A DNA stretch of 61,333 nucleotides, counting the filler. It is 9 parts of 9 records of this genome, joined end to end, with 100 filler letters (N's around TTAATTAATTAA, not from the genome) between each part and the next. Parts side by side here need not be neighbours in the genome. Positions count along the whole stretch, not along the records: positions 36,131 to 41,730 come from SRR20825010_5661; positions 41,831 to 45,400 come from SRR20825010_5664; positions 45,501 to 54,276 come from SRR20825010_5667; 6 more parts are not named here. One strand, given 5' to 3'. Each line of letters opens with the position of its first letter. Position 1 is the stretch's first letter. The notes below the pieces were generated by a model, which saw only the letters and a list, made by a program, of their open reading frames with translations, had not been told where the DNA came from and did no database searches. The translations under genes were made by a program, and so were the position numbers. This document shows, piece by piece, positions 39,384 to 47,796 of this stretch.

Positions 39384-40696
39384 GAACAGCAAGCCGATTC
39401 CTTTTGTACTGAGGCGGTTTCAACGGCACAGCATTCAATCCCTCCATCAATACTACAAACTCCCGTTTCGGGCAGATCTAACTCCACTCTTCGGGCGGCC
39501 TCCCAGTCACCCGCCAATGCCGCTACTACCGAGCGCACCTGTTCGTAACCGGTCGCCATTAAGAAAGTGGGCGCTCTGCCATAACTTTTCATACCAACGA
39601 TATAGAAGTCCTTCTCGCTTTGTCTCAGTTCCAGTTCCCCGTGCGCCCGTACGGTTCCACAACTATGGATATTGGGATCAATAAGATCCGCAAGTGCAGG
39701 AACACTCTCCACTGTAGAATCAAAATTGTTTCTAACCTCACGGAGAAACGAAAAGTCAGGTCTTGATCCGGTGTTGACAATTATTTCATCGATTCCATGC
39801 AAAGCTTTAATAGAACCGTATTGCGTCCCAATCAGCGTCAATGAATCGTTTAGGGATTGGACTTCCTGGATTTGAAAAGGGGTGTAAACAGCCAGACGTT
39901 CCGCATCTACCAATTGCTCAATTAATATGCCCAAAGCGCCACGCGCAGGAAGTGCATCATCTGCTTTGCCTCCATATACCTTGTCCATATTTTGTTTGCG
40001 AAGAATCCAATGAATCTGTGTGTCAGGAAACTCCTTTTTCAATTCATCCAGAGCCAGCAGTGTATTGATAGCTGAATGTCCCCCACCAACGACGGCAACA
40101 TTTCGGTTTTTGTAGCGACTTTTCGCGCGACCCATAATGTCTGGAATCCCGCTAAAAATTCTATCCGAACTTTCAATTTCCCCAACGGCGAATAATCCTC
40201 CTGCACCTACAGGGTTAGCGTTGTGCGACGTGCCTGAGGCATCAATAATTGCACTAGCTTCGAAGTAGCGGGTAGTTTTCCCAGATTGCACCTGCAACAC
40301 AAAGGGTTGTTGTTCCCGGTAGTGTGTTTTCATCTTGTCCATATCCTTTCTGCCCACAGCAATTACCCGACTATTGGTATGGATAAATGGCTTGATGGCC
40401 GGGTGGGTAGCCAGAGGATGCAAATAGCCTTCGTAAAATTCCTGACCAGTGTGCAGAGTCTCTTTGTCGGGAGATTGCCAATCTGTTTCGGTAAGTAATT
40501 CTTCAGCAGCCTTGTCAATGTTGTATTTCCACGGCGAGAAGACCTTCACATGTCCCCAATCGAGGACATTGGATCCAACGTTTATTCCTGTTTCGAATAA
40601 AATGAACGGTAAGTTTCTTTTAACCAGATGAGCGGCTGCCGCAAGGCCTACCGGGCCTCCGCCAATAATTGCGATAGGTAGTTTTTGTGTTGTCAT
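39380..40696 (-). CDS. FAD/NAD(P)H-dependent oxidoreductase (flavin monooxygenase-like, ars-cluster type)
   Basis: 'IIGGGPVGL', 'DASG', 'VVGGGHSA', 'DPNIHSCGTV', 'KSYGRAPTFL', 'LPETGVC' and a CC...CC tail. Confidence 0.85.
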   Translation of the reverse strand: MTTQKLPIAIIGGGPVGLAAAAHLVKRNLPFILFETGINVGSNVLDWGHVKVFSPWKYNIDKAAEELLTETDWQSPDKETLHTGQEFYEGYLHPLATHPAIKPFIHTNSRVIAVGRKDMDKMKTHYREQQPFVLQVQSGKTTRYFEASAIIDASGTSHNANPVGAGGLFAVGEIESSDRIFSGIPDIMGRAKSRYKNRNVAVVGGGHSAINTLLALDELKKEFPDTQIHWILRKQNMDKVYGGKADDALPARGALGILIEQLVDAERLAVYTPFQIQEVQSLNDSLTLIGTQYGSIKALHGIDEIIVNTGSRPDFSFLREVRNNFDSTVESVPALADLIDPNIHSCGTVRAHGELELRQSEKDFYIVGMKSYGRAPTFLMATGYEQVRSVVAALAGDWEAARRVELDLPETGVCSIDGGIECCAVETASVQKESACCS

Positions 40697-40715
40697 TTTG
40701 AATCATTTTTTACCT

Positions 40716-40743
40716 AGACGGACGACTATGAAAAATGACGCAG
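40716..40743 (-). promoter_or_regulatory. Putative ECF (SigZ) promoter, copy 2
   Basis: CTGCGTC-ATTTTTCATAGTCGTC-CGTCT, 19 nt upstream of the oxidoreductase ATG; overlaps the arsR 3' end. Confidence 0.7.
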
Positions 40744-41031
40744 CTTAATGCGTTGTTCTTGTTCGCGAATAAAATGCCTGAGCTGCTCTTCGTTAAGCGA
40801 ATATTCCGATTTGGTTCCTTTTTCGAGCATCACGATCAGCCGGGCTTGTCTGAGTTTTCGTAAGTGTTCAGAAATAGTGGCCTGCGCAAACGGAAGTACC
40901 GCCACAAAGTCATTGCAACTGCATGTCTTATCCGTGAGTAATTTTTCGATGATGGCGAGTCGGATGGGGTGAGCCAGCGCTTTGTATAGCGCGGGAAGTT
41001 CAAGGTTTTCTGATAGTAAAGTGGATTTCAT
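40726..41031 (-). CDS. ArsR/SmtB family transcriptional regulator
   Basis: 'KALAHPIRLAII', 'CSC' before the HTH and 'QATISEHLRKL'. Confidence 0.92.
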   Translation of the reverse strand: MKSTLLSENLELPALYKALAHPIRLAIIEKLLTDKTCSCNDFVAVLPFAQATISEHLRKLRQARLIVMLEKGTKSEYSLNEEQLRHFIREQEQRIKLRHFS

Positions 41032-41040
41032 ATTTCCAAT

Positions 41041-41066
41041 TGACGAGCAATTGAAAAATTGATGCA
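41041..41066 (-). promoter_or_regulatory. Putative ECF (SigZ) promoter, copy 3 (degenerate)
   Basis: TGCATC-AATTTTTCAATTGCT-CGTCA, 9 nt upstream of the arsR ATG. Confidence 0.55.
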
Positions 41067-41130
41067 TGCTAAACCTCGGGTGTGAGGAACGCGGGGTTTC
41101 GGGGAAGCCTCAATGGCTTGTCTGATCGGT

Positions 41131-41138
41131 CAAACTTA
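41131..41138 (-). promoter_or_regulatory. Possible Bacteroidota housekeeping -7 element upstream of arsR
   Basis: TAAGTTTG matches TAnnTTTG; a second match (TAAATTTG, 41713-41720) lies upstream of the cyclotransferase gene; no clear -33 element. Confidence 0.4.
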
Positions 41139-41153
41139 AGTAGTCGTGGCGGT

Positions 41154-41573
41154 TTAGTAGACCAGGTAGTTTTTGATAATGCTATTTAAATATTCCTGAG
41201 AAAATTTTAATTTTTTGGCTAATTGATAAAGAGATTCAGCGTATTGCCTATTAGCCCCACCGAGTAATTCAAGAGGTAAATTATAGCAAGTTGCAGGTAT
41301 GCGTTCGTTAGTCTCTGTGACAATTTCTACTTTTTCAGGTATATAATCCGCAACACTTTTTTCGGCGTATAATTTGATTAGTTCATCATCCTTTATTGTC
41401 ATAATAATACCGTAAGCTTTTTCCTTTTCACATCGAATCAATGATGCTCGATTTCCAATTTTCAAGGCATAATTGTTTAAATACCCCTTCCTTGGATTAG
41501 ATGGATTAATTCCATTTTTCAATAAAATATCCGCATCCATAAATAATCCATAAAAAAATACTTCCATTTTCAT
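41154..41573 (-). CDS. Gamma-glutamylcyclotransferase (AIG2-like) family protein
   Basis: N-terminal 'VFFYGLFMD' and fold-typical 'AYGII...LY...Y' pattern. Confidence 0.75.
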   Translation of the reverse strand: MKMEVFFYGLFMDADILLKNGINPSNPRKGYLNNYALKIGNRASLIRCEKEKAYGIIMTIKDDELIKLYAEKSVADYIPEKVEIVTETNERIPATCYNLPLELLGGANRQYAESLYQLAKKLKFSQEYLNSIIKNYLVY

Positions 41574-41631
41574 TTTAGTGTAATGCTATCTAAACTACAA
41601 CTTTCGTCTATCAAAAACAACGCAATCAACT

Positions 41632-41687
41632 ACACCTGGCCGGCCACACCTGGTCGGTCACACCTAGTCGGTCACACCTCATCGGTG
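41632..41687. repeat. Four imperfect 14-bp tandem repeats
   Basis: ACACCTGGCCGGCC / ACACCTGGTCGGTC / ACACCTAGTCGGTC / ACACCTCATCGGTG. Confidence 0.9.
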
Positions 41688-41730
41688 AAGTGTTTGGTGC
41701 TTTTGTCTTTGCCAAATTTATCGGAGTTGT

Positions 41731-41830
41731 NNNNNNNNNNNNNNNNNNNNNNNNNNNNNNNNNNNNNNNNNNNNTTAATTAATTAANNNNNNNNNNNNNN
41801 NNNNNNNNNNNNNNNNNNNNNNNNNNNNNN
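41731..41830. other. Artificial contig spacer
   Basis: 44 N + TTAATTAATTAA + 44 N. Confidence 0.99.
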
Positions 41831-41832
41831 AT

Positions 41833-42399
41833 GCGCGGCAATGGGCACGATCGGTTAATTTTGTCCGCAAAAGCTGGACCTTTGATACGACCCTTGGCGC
41901 GACACCCCATTGGGGGGATTGGCGGGCAGCACCGGGTTTGGATGGTGCCAGCACAGCCTTGTTGGAACGGGTTTGTCATAACCTTGAGCATAAGCTTATG
42001 GCGTTCGGGATGGATAAGGACCGGTTCGGGTTGATCCATGCGGATTTGCGCTTGGCCAATCTGCTGGTCGATGGAAACCGGTTGGGTGTGATTGATTTTG
42101 ATGATTGTGGCTTTGGCTGGTTTGGCTATGACTTTGCCGCGGCCATCAGCTTTATCGAACTTGATCCGATTATTCCGGCCTTAAAAGAAGCATGGGCAGA
42201 AGGATATCGCACCGAAGCTCCATTTCTGGCGGCTGACACTGCGATGCTTGATAGTTTCGTCATGCTGCGCCGGTTGTTGTTAACCGCCTGGATTGCCAGC
42301 CATCCGGAAACACCGACGGCACAGGAAATGGGAACCGGCTTTACGACCGGAACGCTGCAAATGGCGGAAAGATTCCTTTCGGCTGAAGGTGTGAGATGA
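41833..42399 (+). CDS. APH/choline-kinase-like phosphotransferase, 5'-truncated
   Basis: 'IHADLRLANLL' and 'IDFDD' motifs; frame open from the contig start. Confidence 0.88.
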   Translation, partial: ARQWARSVNFVRKSWTFDTTLGATPHWGDWRAAPGLDGASTALLERVCHNLEHKLMAFGMDKDRFGLIHADLRLANLLVDGNRLGVIDFDDCGFGWFGYDFAAAISFIELDPIIPALKEAWAEGYRTEAPFLAADTAMLDSFVMLRRLLLTAWIASHPETPTAQEMGTGFTTGTLQMAERFLSAEGVR

Positions 42400-43760
42400 G
42401 CAAAATGCCCACCCCGCCGACCTTACCCACCGCCACCGTGCGCCCCATCCTTGATATGAATGCCTATGATGGTCAGGTGTCCGCCAAAGCAGATCAGGGC
42501 AATGATCTTCTTATGCGTCGTACCCGGAATGTCGGGGCGGCATCGGTTTTATTTTACCGTGATCCGATTGAAATGGTTTCGGCTTCCGGATGCTGGATGA
42601 CAGCATCTGATGGCACCAACTATCTGGATTTTTATAACAATGTGCCATCCGTCGGGCATTGCCACCCAAAGGTGGTTTCAGCCATGGCCGACCAGGCCGC
42701 ACGGCTTAACATCAACAGCCGGTATCTGCATCAGACCACAGAAACCTATCTTGATCGGCTAAAGGCAACTTTCCCCGATCATTTGGAAAATATCGTTCTG
42801 ACCTGCAGCGGGAGCGAGGCAAACGATCTTGCCCTGCGCATTGCCCAACGTGGAACAGGGGCGCGGGGCATTATCGTGACGGAATGCGCCTATCACGGCA
42901 ATACCGCGACGGTAACCGATATTTCGCCGTCTGCCTTCAAGCGCGGTGAATTGCCCGACCATGTGGTGAGCGTGCCTGCCCCCGGTAAACTGGCTTACGG
43001 CGATGATATCGCCGGGGGTTTTGCCGATGCGATCGTCAAGGCGATTGCTGTTCTTTCAGATCGCGGTCACGGGATTGCGGCCCTGATCGTTGATAGTATC
43101 TTTTCCAGCGATGGCGTGTTTTCCAATCCGCGTGGCTTTTTGCGCTTGGCGGTTGCGGTGGTTCATCGTGCCGGGGGTGTTTTTATCGCCGATGAAGTTC
43201 AGCCGGGCTTTGGCCGGACCGGGGATGCGTTTTGGGGGTTCCTGCGCCATGACGTGACCCCTGACATCGTCAGTATGGGAAAACCGATGGGCAATGGATT
43301 TCCCATGGCAGGGATCGCCGTGCGACCGGAACTTCTGGCGGCATTTTGCGAAGATGTTGGCTATTTCAACACCTTTGCCGCAAGTCCGGTGGCAGCAGCG
43401 ACCGGGCTTGCCGTACTGGATGTTATTCGCGACGAGAACCTTTTGGCAAATGCGATGATTTGCGGGAAATATCTTCGCGAAGGATTGCAGCATCTGGCCG
43501 ATATCGATGGACGTATCAGTGATATTCGCGGTGCGGGGCTATTTCTTGGCGTGGATTTATCCCCGAATGGTGCACCGGGAGACGCAAGCGGGCAGTTGGT
43601 CGGGGATGTGATCAATGCCATGCGTCGACATCGCGTTTTGATTGGTGCGGCGGGGAAATATGGTCAGACATTAAAAATCCGCCCGCCCTTGTGCCTGAGG
43701 CAGTCCGAAGTTGATTTCTTTATCGAGGCGCTTGGGAAATCGTTGCGGGAATGCGGGTAG
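42396..43760 (+). CDS. Class III PLP-dependent aminotransferase-family enzyme
   Basis: 'YLDFYNNV..VGH', 'SGSEANDLA', 'YHG', 'DEVQPGFGR' and 'MGKPMGNG'. Confidence 0.92.
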   Translation: MSKMPTPPTLPTATVRPILDMNAYDGQVSAKADQGNDLLMRRTRNVGAASVLFYRDPIEMVSASGCWMTASDGTNYLDFYNNVPSVGHCHPKVVSAMADQAARLNINSRYLHQTTETYLDRLKATFPDHLENIVLTCSGSEANDLALRIAQRGTGARGIIVTECAYHGNTATVTDISPSAFKRGELPDHVVSVPAPGKLAYGDDIAGGFADAIVKAIAVLSDRGHGIAALIVDSIFSSDGVFSNPRGFLRLAVAVVHRAGGVFIADEVQPGFGRTGDAFWGFLRHDVTPDIVSMGKPMGNGFPMAGIAVRPELLAAFCEDVGYFNTFAASPVAAATGLAVLDVIRDENLLANAMICGKYLREGLQHLADIDGRISDIRGAGLFLGVDLSPNGAPGDASGQLVGDVINAMRRHRVLIGAAGKYGQTLKIRPPLCLRQSEVDFFIEALGKSLRECG

Positions 43761-43772
43761 GCACCAAGGTAA

Positions 43773-44546
43773 TCAGGGTTTGCTTGCTGCCTTGATCGTG
43801 CATCCTGCATCCCGGATGGTTTCCCCCAGCGACCCCATCGGGTTTTCATCGCAGACCAGCACATCAACAGCATTCCAGTCACAATATCGGGCTGGGAAGG
43901 CCTGATTGAATTTTGTGTGATCGGCAACGACCATGCTGCGGGTTGCCCGTTCCATCATGACGGAATAGACGTCTGCTGCCTCGATCAAGGCATCACTTGC
44001 ACCATCGTCATCAAGGCCACTGGCGCCAAGGATGGCCCATTCAACGCGGTAGTTTTCCAAAAAACGAATGGTCTGTGCGCCGTGCATCGCCCCTTCCTGT
44101 GCGTGATACAAGCCCGGGGCCATGATCACGCGGATGGTCGGATTAATTGCCAGAACGGTTGCCACGCCAAACGAATGCGTAATCACGGTCAGATCGTTCA
44201 TGGTGATGGCAAGGCGTTTGGCCACGTGAACCGTGGTCGCACCCGATCCAATCATGATGTGGCGCGCACCGGCCAAAATCGGGACCGATTGTTTGGCGAT
44301 GATTTCGCGTTCGGCAATATGGAGCTTATGGCGTTCATTCAAGCCCGGTTCGCTTGATTGGCGGCGGACTGCCCCGCCATAGGTACGGTTGATCAATCCC
44401 TGTTCCGTCAGGTCGTCAAAGTCACGGCGAATGGTTTCACTCGACACGTTCAGACGGCCAGACAGATCCGCGATCCGTAAAGACGGTTCGTGTTCCAATT
44501 CACTTAGAATGCGTTGTTGTCGCAGGGATTTTTTGTTTGCTGCCAT
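43773..44546 (-). CDS. DeoR/GlpR family transcriptional regulator
   Basis: 'VSSETIRRD', 'RTYGGA' and 'ADHTKF'. Confidence 0.93.
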   Translation of the reverse strand: MAANKKSLRQQRILSELEHEPSLRIADLSGRLNVSSETIRRDFDDLTEQGLINRTYGGAVRRQSSEPGLNERHKLHIAEREIIAKQSVPILAGARHIMIGSGATTVHVAKRLAITMNDLTVITHSFGVATVLAINPTIRVIMAPGLYHAQEGAMHGAQTIRFLENYRVEWAILGASGLDDDGASDALIEAADVYSVMMERATRSMVVADHTKFNQAFPARYCDWNAVDVLVCDENPMGSLGETIRDAGCTIKAASKP

Positions 44547-44596
44547 GGCGTGATGATACTGCCGAGGGCATCATCACGCCAGCCGTTTATGTGCTC

Positions 44597-45400
44597 TCAG
44601 ATCGCAGGATCCAGCCCGTATTTCCGGCAATGGGCGTGATAGCTGCTGGCGAGCTCTTCCGCACCGATCAGGTTTCCGGCCTCATCCTTATACGTCAGGT
44701 GATGTTCGATGGCCTGACCTTGCCACAGTTTTTCCATCTCGGCCCGTTTAGGGGTTGTCCGGAACTGGGCGATGAAGGCGTTAATTGCGGTCAACAGGTT
44801 ATAGGATGCCGGGTCTGCCGCGACCGCAGCAACATAGAAGAACGGATGGGGCAGGATCGGTTTGGGCAGAACTTCAAGGCGTTTGTGCCATGGGCTTTGC
44901 GGGTTTTGTGACGCCCAGTGAAAAACCGGATGATCACCGGCAAAGGCATCAATCGCCCCGTTGGCAACTGCGTCATGGACACGCGAAATGTCGCCATAGG
45001 CAATCATGTTCGACAGTTTTGCTATGCCGCCCGGCTTGTTTTCATTATCCGCCCAGCGCAGCCCAACATCTTCGAGAACGGCAAGGGCGGCCGGATCATT
45101 GACCGTACCCAATACTTTGCCCTCAAGATCGGCAATGGTGTTGATCGATGTGTTGTCCGGGCGGCGGATCAGTGAAAAATTCAGATAGGTGTAGGTGTCT
45201 GAAAAGGCGACGCCTTTGTAAAAATCACTTGGTGGCAAGGCGCACCAGACAACGTCGGCGGTTGGTTGACCGGCCTTTTTGCCGACGAACAGAAGTTCGG
45301 TCAGCAAGTCCCAAGGATGTTCAACAAATTCGCAGGTAACACCGATGGATTTTGCAAAGGCCTCGGCATAGTCGATATCGATCCCGTGAAGGGGGCCGTG
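44597..45400 (-). CDS. Family-3 (amino-acid type) substrate-binding-domain protein, 5'-truncated
   Basis: 'GIDIDYAEAFAKSIGV', 'FSDTY', 'IADLEGKVLG' and 'GAIDAF'; frame open to the contig end. Confidence 0.75.
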   Translation of the reverse strand, partial: HGPLHGIDIDYAEAFAKSIGVTCEFVEHPWDLLTELLFVGKKAGQPTADVVWCALPPSDFYKGVAFSDTYTYLNFSLIRRPDNTSINTIADLEGKVLGTVNDPAALAVLEDVGLRWADNENKPGGIAKLSNMIAYGDISRVHDAVANGAIDAFAGDHPVFHWASQNPQSPWHKRLEVLPKPILPHPFFYVAAVAADPASYNLLTAINAFIAQFRTTPKRAEMEKLWQGQAIEHHLTYKDEAGNLIGAEELASSYHAHCRKYGLDPAI

Positions 45401-45500
45401 NNNNNNNNNNNNNNNNNNNNNNNNNNNNNNNNNNNNNNNNNNNNTTAATTAATTAANNNNNNNNNNNNNNNNNNNNNNNNNNNNNNNNNNNNNNNNNNNN
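45401..45500. other. Artificial contig spacer
   Basis: 44 N + TTAATTAATTAA + 44 N. Confidence 0.99.
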
Positions 45501-45529
45501 CGTGAGTTCGAATCTCATCGCCCGCTCCA
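45501..45529 (+). tRNA. tRNA-Gly 3' fragment
   Basis: GTGAG-TTCGAAT-CTCAT T-arm, acceptor strand CGCCCGC, discriminator T and CCA; anticodon absent. Confidence 0.8.
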
Positions 45530-45557
45530 TCTTTTCCTTGAGAAATCAAGGCGTTAC

Positions 45558-45597
45558 AAGAAGCCTCCTTGACTAGAAATAGTCTGGAGGCTTTTTT
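45558..45597. terminator. Intrinsic terminator after the tRNA, convergent with tetR
   Basis: AAGAAGCCTCC-TT-GACTA-GAAA-TAGTC-T-GGAGGCTTTTTT. Confidence 0.85.
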
Positions 45598-45607
45598 GTT
45601 TTTTGGG

Positions 45608-46210
45608 TTATGTAACAGCGGGTGCACGGTAGAGACCCAGCCCTTCAAGCGTGGTCCTTGTCAGTAGCCACAGCTCATTCTCGTCCCGTATCACCTTGCA
45701 GAGAACATTGATCCCGATCATCAGATTCTGTAGTGCCAGGGCCAGGGCATGCACATTCGCACCGTCGCTTAGTTCACCGCGCTCCTGCGCCAGGCTCAGA
45801 AGATGTTCGAGATGAGCCGCAGAGCTAAGTATGCGTTCAGCCAACTCAATACCAAGCCCTTCGGATGCCGGGCATATTTCGCAAACCGTGTTGACGATCA
45901 TGCAACCGCGAGCATCCGGGTCTTGAGCGCGGGCCCGGCAAATATCTTGAAACACAGACGTGATTAGCGGAAGCACGTCTGTTTGCATCTCCTTATATAA
46001 AGGCGCGTCGGGGCTTTGTGCTGCATACTCCGGGATGGTTTCGCTAAAAAGTGCGTCGCGTGAGCCGAAGGCATTGTAGAAACTGGACCGGGTCATTCCC
46101 AGAAGTTCTGACAGGTTCTTCACCGAAGACTGCTCAAATCCGTTTTTCCAGAAAGCTTCTGTCGCGGTATTGAGCGCTTCTGTTCGGTCGAATTTGGTTG
46201 GCCTGACCAT
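45608..46210 (-). CDS. TetR/AcrR family regulator (ComR/NemR-like)
   Basis: 'RPTKFDR..AL', 'FWKNGF', 'SFYNAFG' and 'RGCMIVN'. Confidence 0.93.
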   Translation of the reverse strand: MVRPTKFDRTEALNTATEAFWKNGFEQSSVKNLSELLGMTRSSFYNAFGSRDALFSETIPEYAAQSPDAPLYKEMQTDVLPLITSVFQDICRARAQDPDARGCMIVNTVCEICPASEGLGIELAERILSSAAHLEHLLSLAQERGELSDGANVHALALALQNLMIGINVLCKVIRDENELWLLTRTTLEGLGLYRAPAVT

Positions 46211-46232
46211 TATTTCATCCAATGTGTAAAAA

Positions 46233-46291
46233 GTTATGTACATATGTGTACATAACATCTATGTCTCTTTTTGTTCATATATGTACATAAC
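46233..46291. promoter_or_regulatory. Two palindromic operators, probably bound by the TetR protein
   Basis: Perfect GTTATGTACA-TATG-TGTACATAAC (46233-46256) and degenerate TTTTTGTTCA-TATA-TGTACATAAC (46268-46291) in the divergent intergenic region. Confidence 0.8.
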
Positions 46292-46319
46292 ATGGATGTC
46301 AATTGAGGGAACACGCTAA

Positions 46320-47012
46320 ATGTCAGGCTTGAACGGAAAAATTCGCAGTGCAATTCAGCACTTCCGTGACACTTTGCCCAGGGAGCTGGTGGAGTTAGTT
46401 GAACAGGGCGCGGGTGAGATTAGCGCCCTGGATATTGTTGAAAATGCTCTCCATGTGGGGGCGGTTGCGCCGGGGTTTGAGTTGCCCGCTTATGGCGGGG
46501 GTATGTGTAGCCTCGAAGGTTATCTCGCAGATGGCCCGCTTGTCCTGACCTTCTATAGAGGGATCTGGTGTCCTTACTGCAACCTGCAACTGAAGGAGTA
46601 TGACGAGCGACTTAGAGAAATTACGGACCACGGTGCCGCGCTCGTGGCGGTAACAGGTGAAAAGCCAAATGCAGTGGATATGCTTGCGTCTGCTGGTGTG
46701 CCGGAAGATGTGATCGCAGGCGCGGTGACCTCTGTGGGCTTTGATGTGTTGCATGACGCCAATAATACACTCGCTCGCCAGTTTGGCCTCGTTTTTGAGC
46801 TGCCTGAAAGCCACCAAACGGTGCTGCGCCAGATCGGTGTCGATGTTGGGATGCTAACGGGCCAGTCGTCATACATGTTTGCAGACCCCGCGACTTATGT
46901 GATTGCGCAGGACGGCAAGGTCTTTCGCGCCTTTGTTCCCAACAACTACCGAAAACGTACTGAAGTCGACGCGGTTAAAAAGGCGCTGCATGACCTCATG
47001 GCAAATCGGTAG
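46320..47012 (+). CDS. Peroxiredoxin-like (AhpC/TSA) protein
   Basis: 'APGFELP', 'FYRGIWCPYCNLQL' and 'PATYVI'. Confidence 0.9.
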   Translation: MSGLNGKIRSAIQHFRDTLPRELVELVEQGAGEISALDIVENALHVGAVAPGFELPAYGGGMCSLEGYLADGPLVLTFYRGIWCPYCNLQLKEYDERLREITDHGAALVAVTGEKPNAVDMLASAGVPEDVIAGAVTSVGFDVLHDANNTLARQFGLVFELPESHQTVLRQIGVDVGMLTGQSSYMFADPATYVIAQDGKVFRAFVPNNYRKRTEVDAVKKALHDLMANR

Positions 47013-47126
47013 TCCGTGGCGCACTGCCATAACCGTACGGGAAGCCCAATGCAGGGGTTCTTCGGAAAAATACTATTCATGACCGGCCTTAGATCAGGAC
47101 GGCGAACCATCAAGAGGAATGAAACG

Positions 47127-47735
47127 ATGAAACTTTATTATATACCCATGGCATGCTCGCTTGCTGTTCATATCGCACTGCGTAAGGCTGGTGTAGTGCC
47201 CGAGCTTGTGAAATATGACCCGGCTACCGGCATGGCAGAGGACGGCATATCACTTCGCGAGACCTACCCAAAAGGCTATGTGCCTGTTCTTCTGGATGAT
47301 CAAGGCGAGGTGCTGACAGAGGTTTTGTCTATCATGATAGAGCTGGATGCCCGTTACCCCGAAGCAGGGTTGTTGCCCAAGGGGCGTGTTCAACGCCGAC
47401 AGGCAATTGAGTGGCTGGCTTACACATCCTCTGAGCTCCATAAACGGTTTACAGTACCGCTCTTTTTTGAAGAGACCCCCACAGCAGAGACAAACGCACA
47501 GCGGGAACAGATTGCCGCCCGGTTTGATCTCGTTGAAGCGAGCCTATCGGACAAGAAGGCCTTTTTGCTGGGGGACGAACTAACAGCTGCAGACTGCTAT
47601 TTGCTGGTGGTCATGCTCTGGACCGTGCCAGCGAAGGTCAGCCTTGATCGCTGGCCTGACCTCACAGCCTACCGTGACCGATTGCTCCAGAACCCGGATG
47701 TTTCGGCGGCAATGGCAGCTGAAGGGCTGATGTAG
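47127..47735 (+). CDS. Glutathione S-transferase (beta class-like)
   Basis: 'LYYIPMACSLA', 'PKGYVPVL', 'SELHK' and 'TAADCY'. Confidence 0.92.
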   Translation: MKLYYIPMACSLAVHIALRKAGVVPELVKYDPATGMAEDGISLRETYPKGYVPVLLDDQGEVLTEVLSIMIELDARYPEAGLLPKGRVQRRQAIEWLAYTSSELHKRFTVPLFFEETPTAETNAQREQIAARFDLVEASLSDKKAFLLGDELTAADCYLLVVMLWTVPAKVSLDRWPDLTAYRDRLLQNPDVSAAMAAEGLM

Positions 47736-47796
47736 CAAGTTGCGGTAGCCAAGAACTATCGTCGGCACTCTATATGGTAAAAGGGTGTCGGCATGG

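Noticed and set aside
41632-41687. CRISPR array
   Set aside because: The 14-bp units are contiguous with no spacers and no cas genes. I saw no CRISPR array anywhere in the window.
36001-41730. PhzF/SigZ/ArsR block as cassettes of the integron
   Set aside because: Separated from attI by an artificial spacer, different in composition, organised as an operon, and no attC sites seen.
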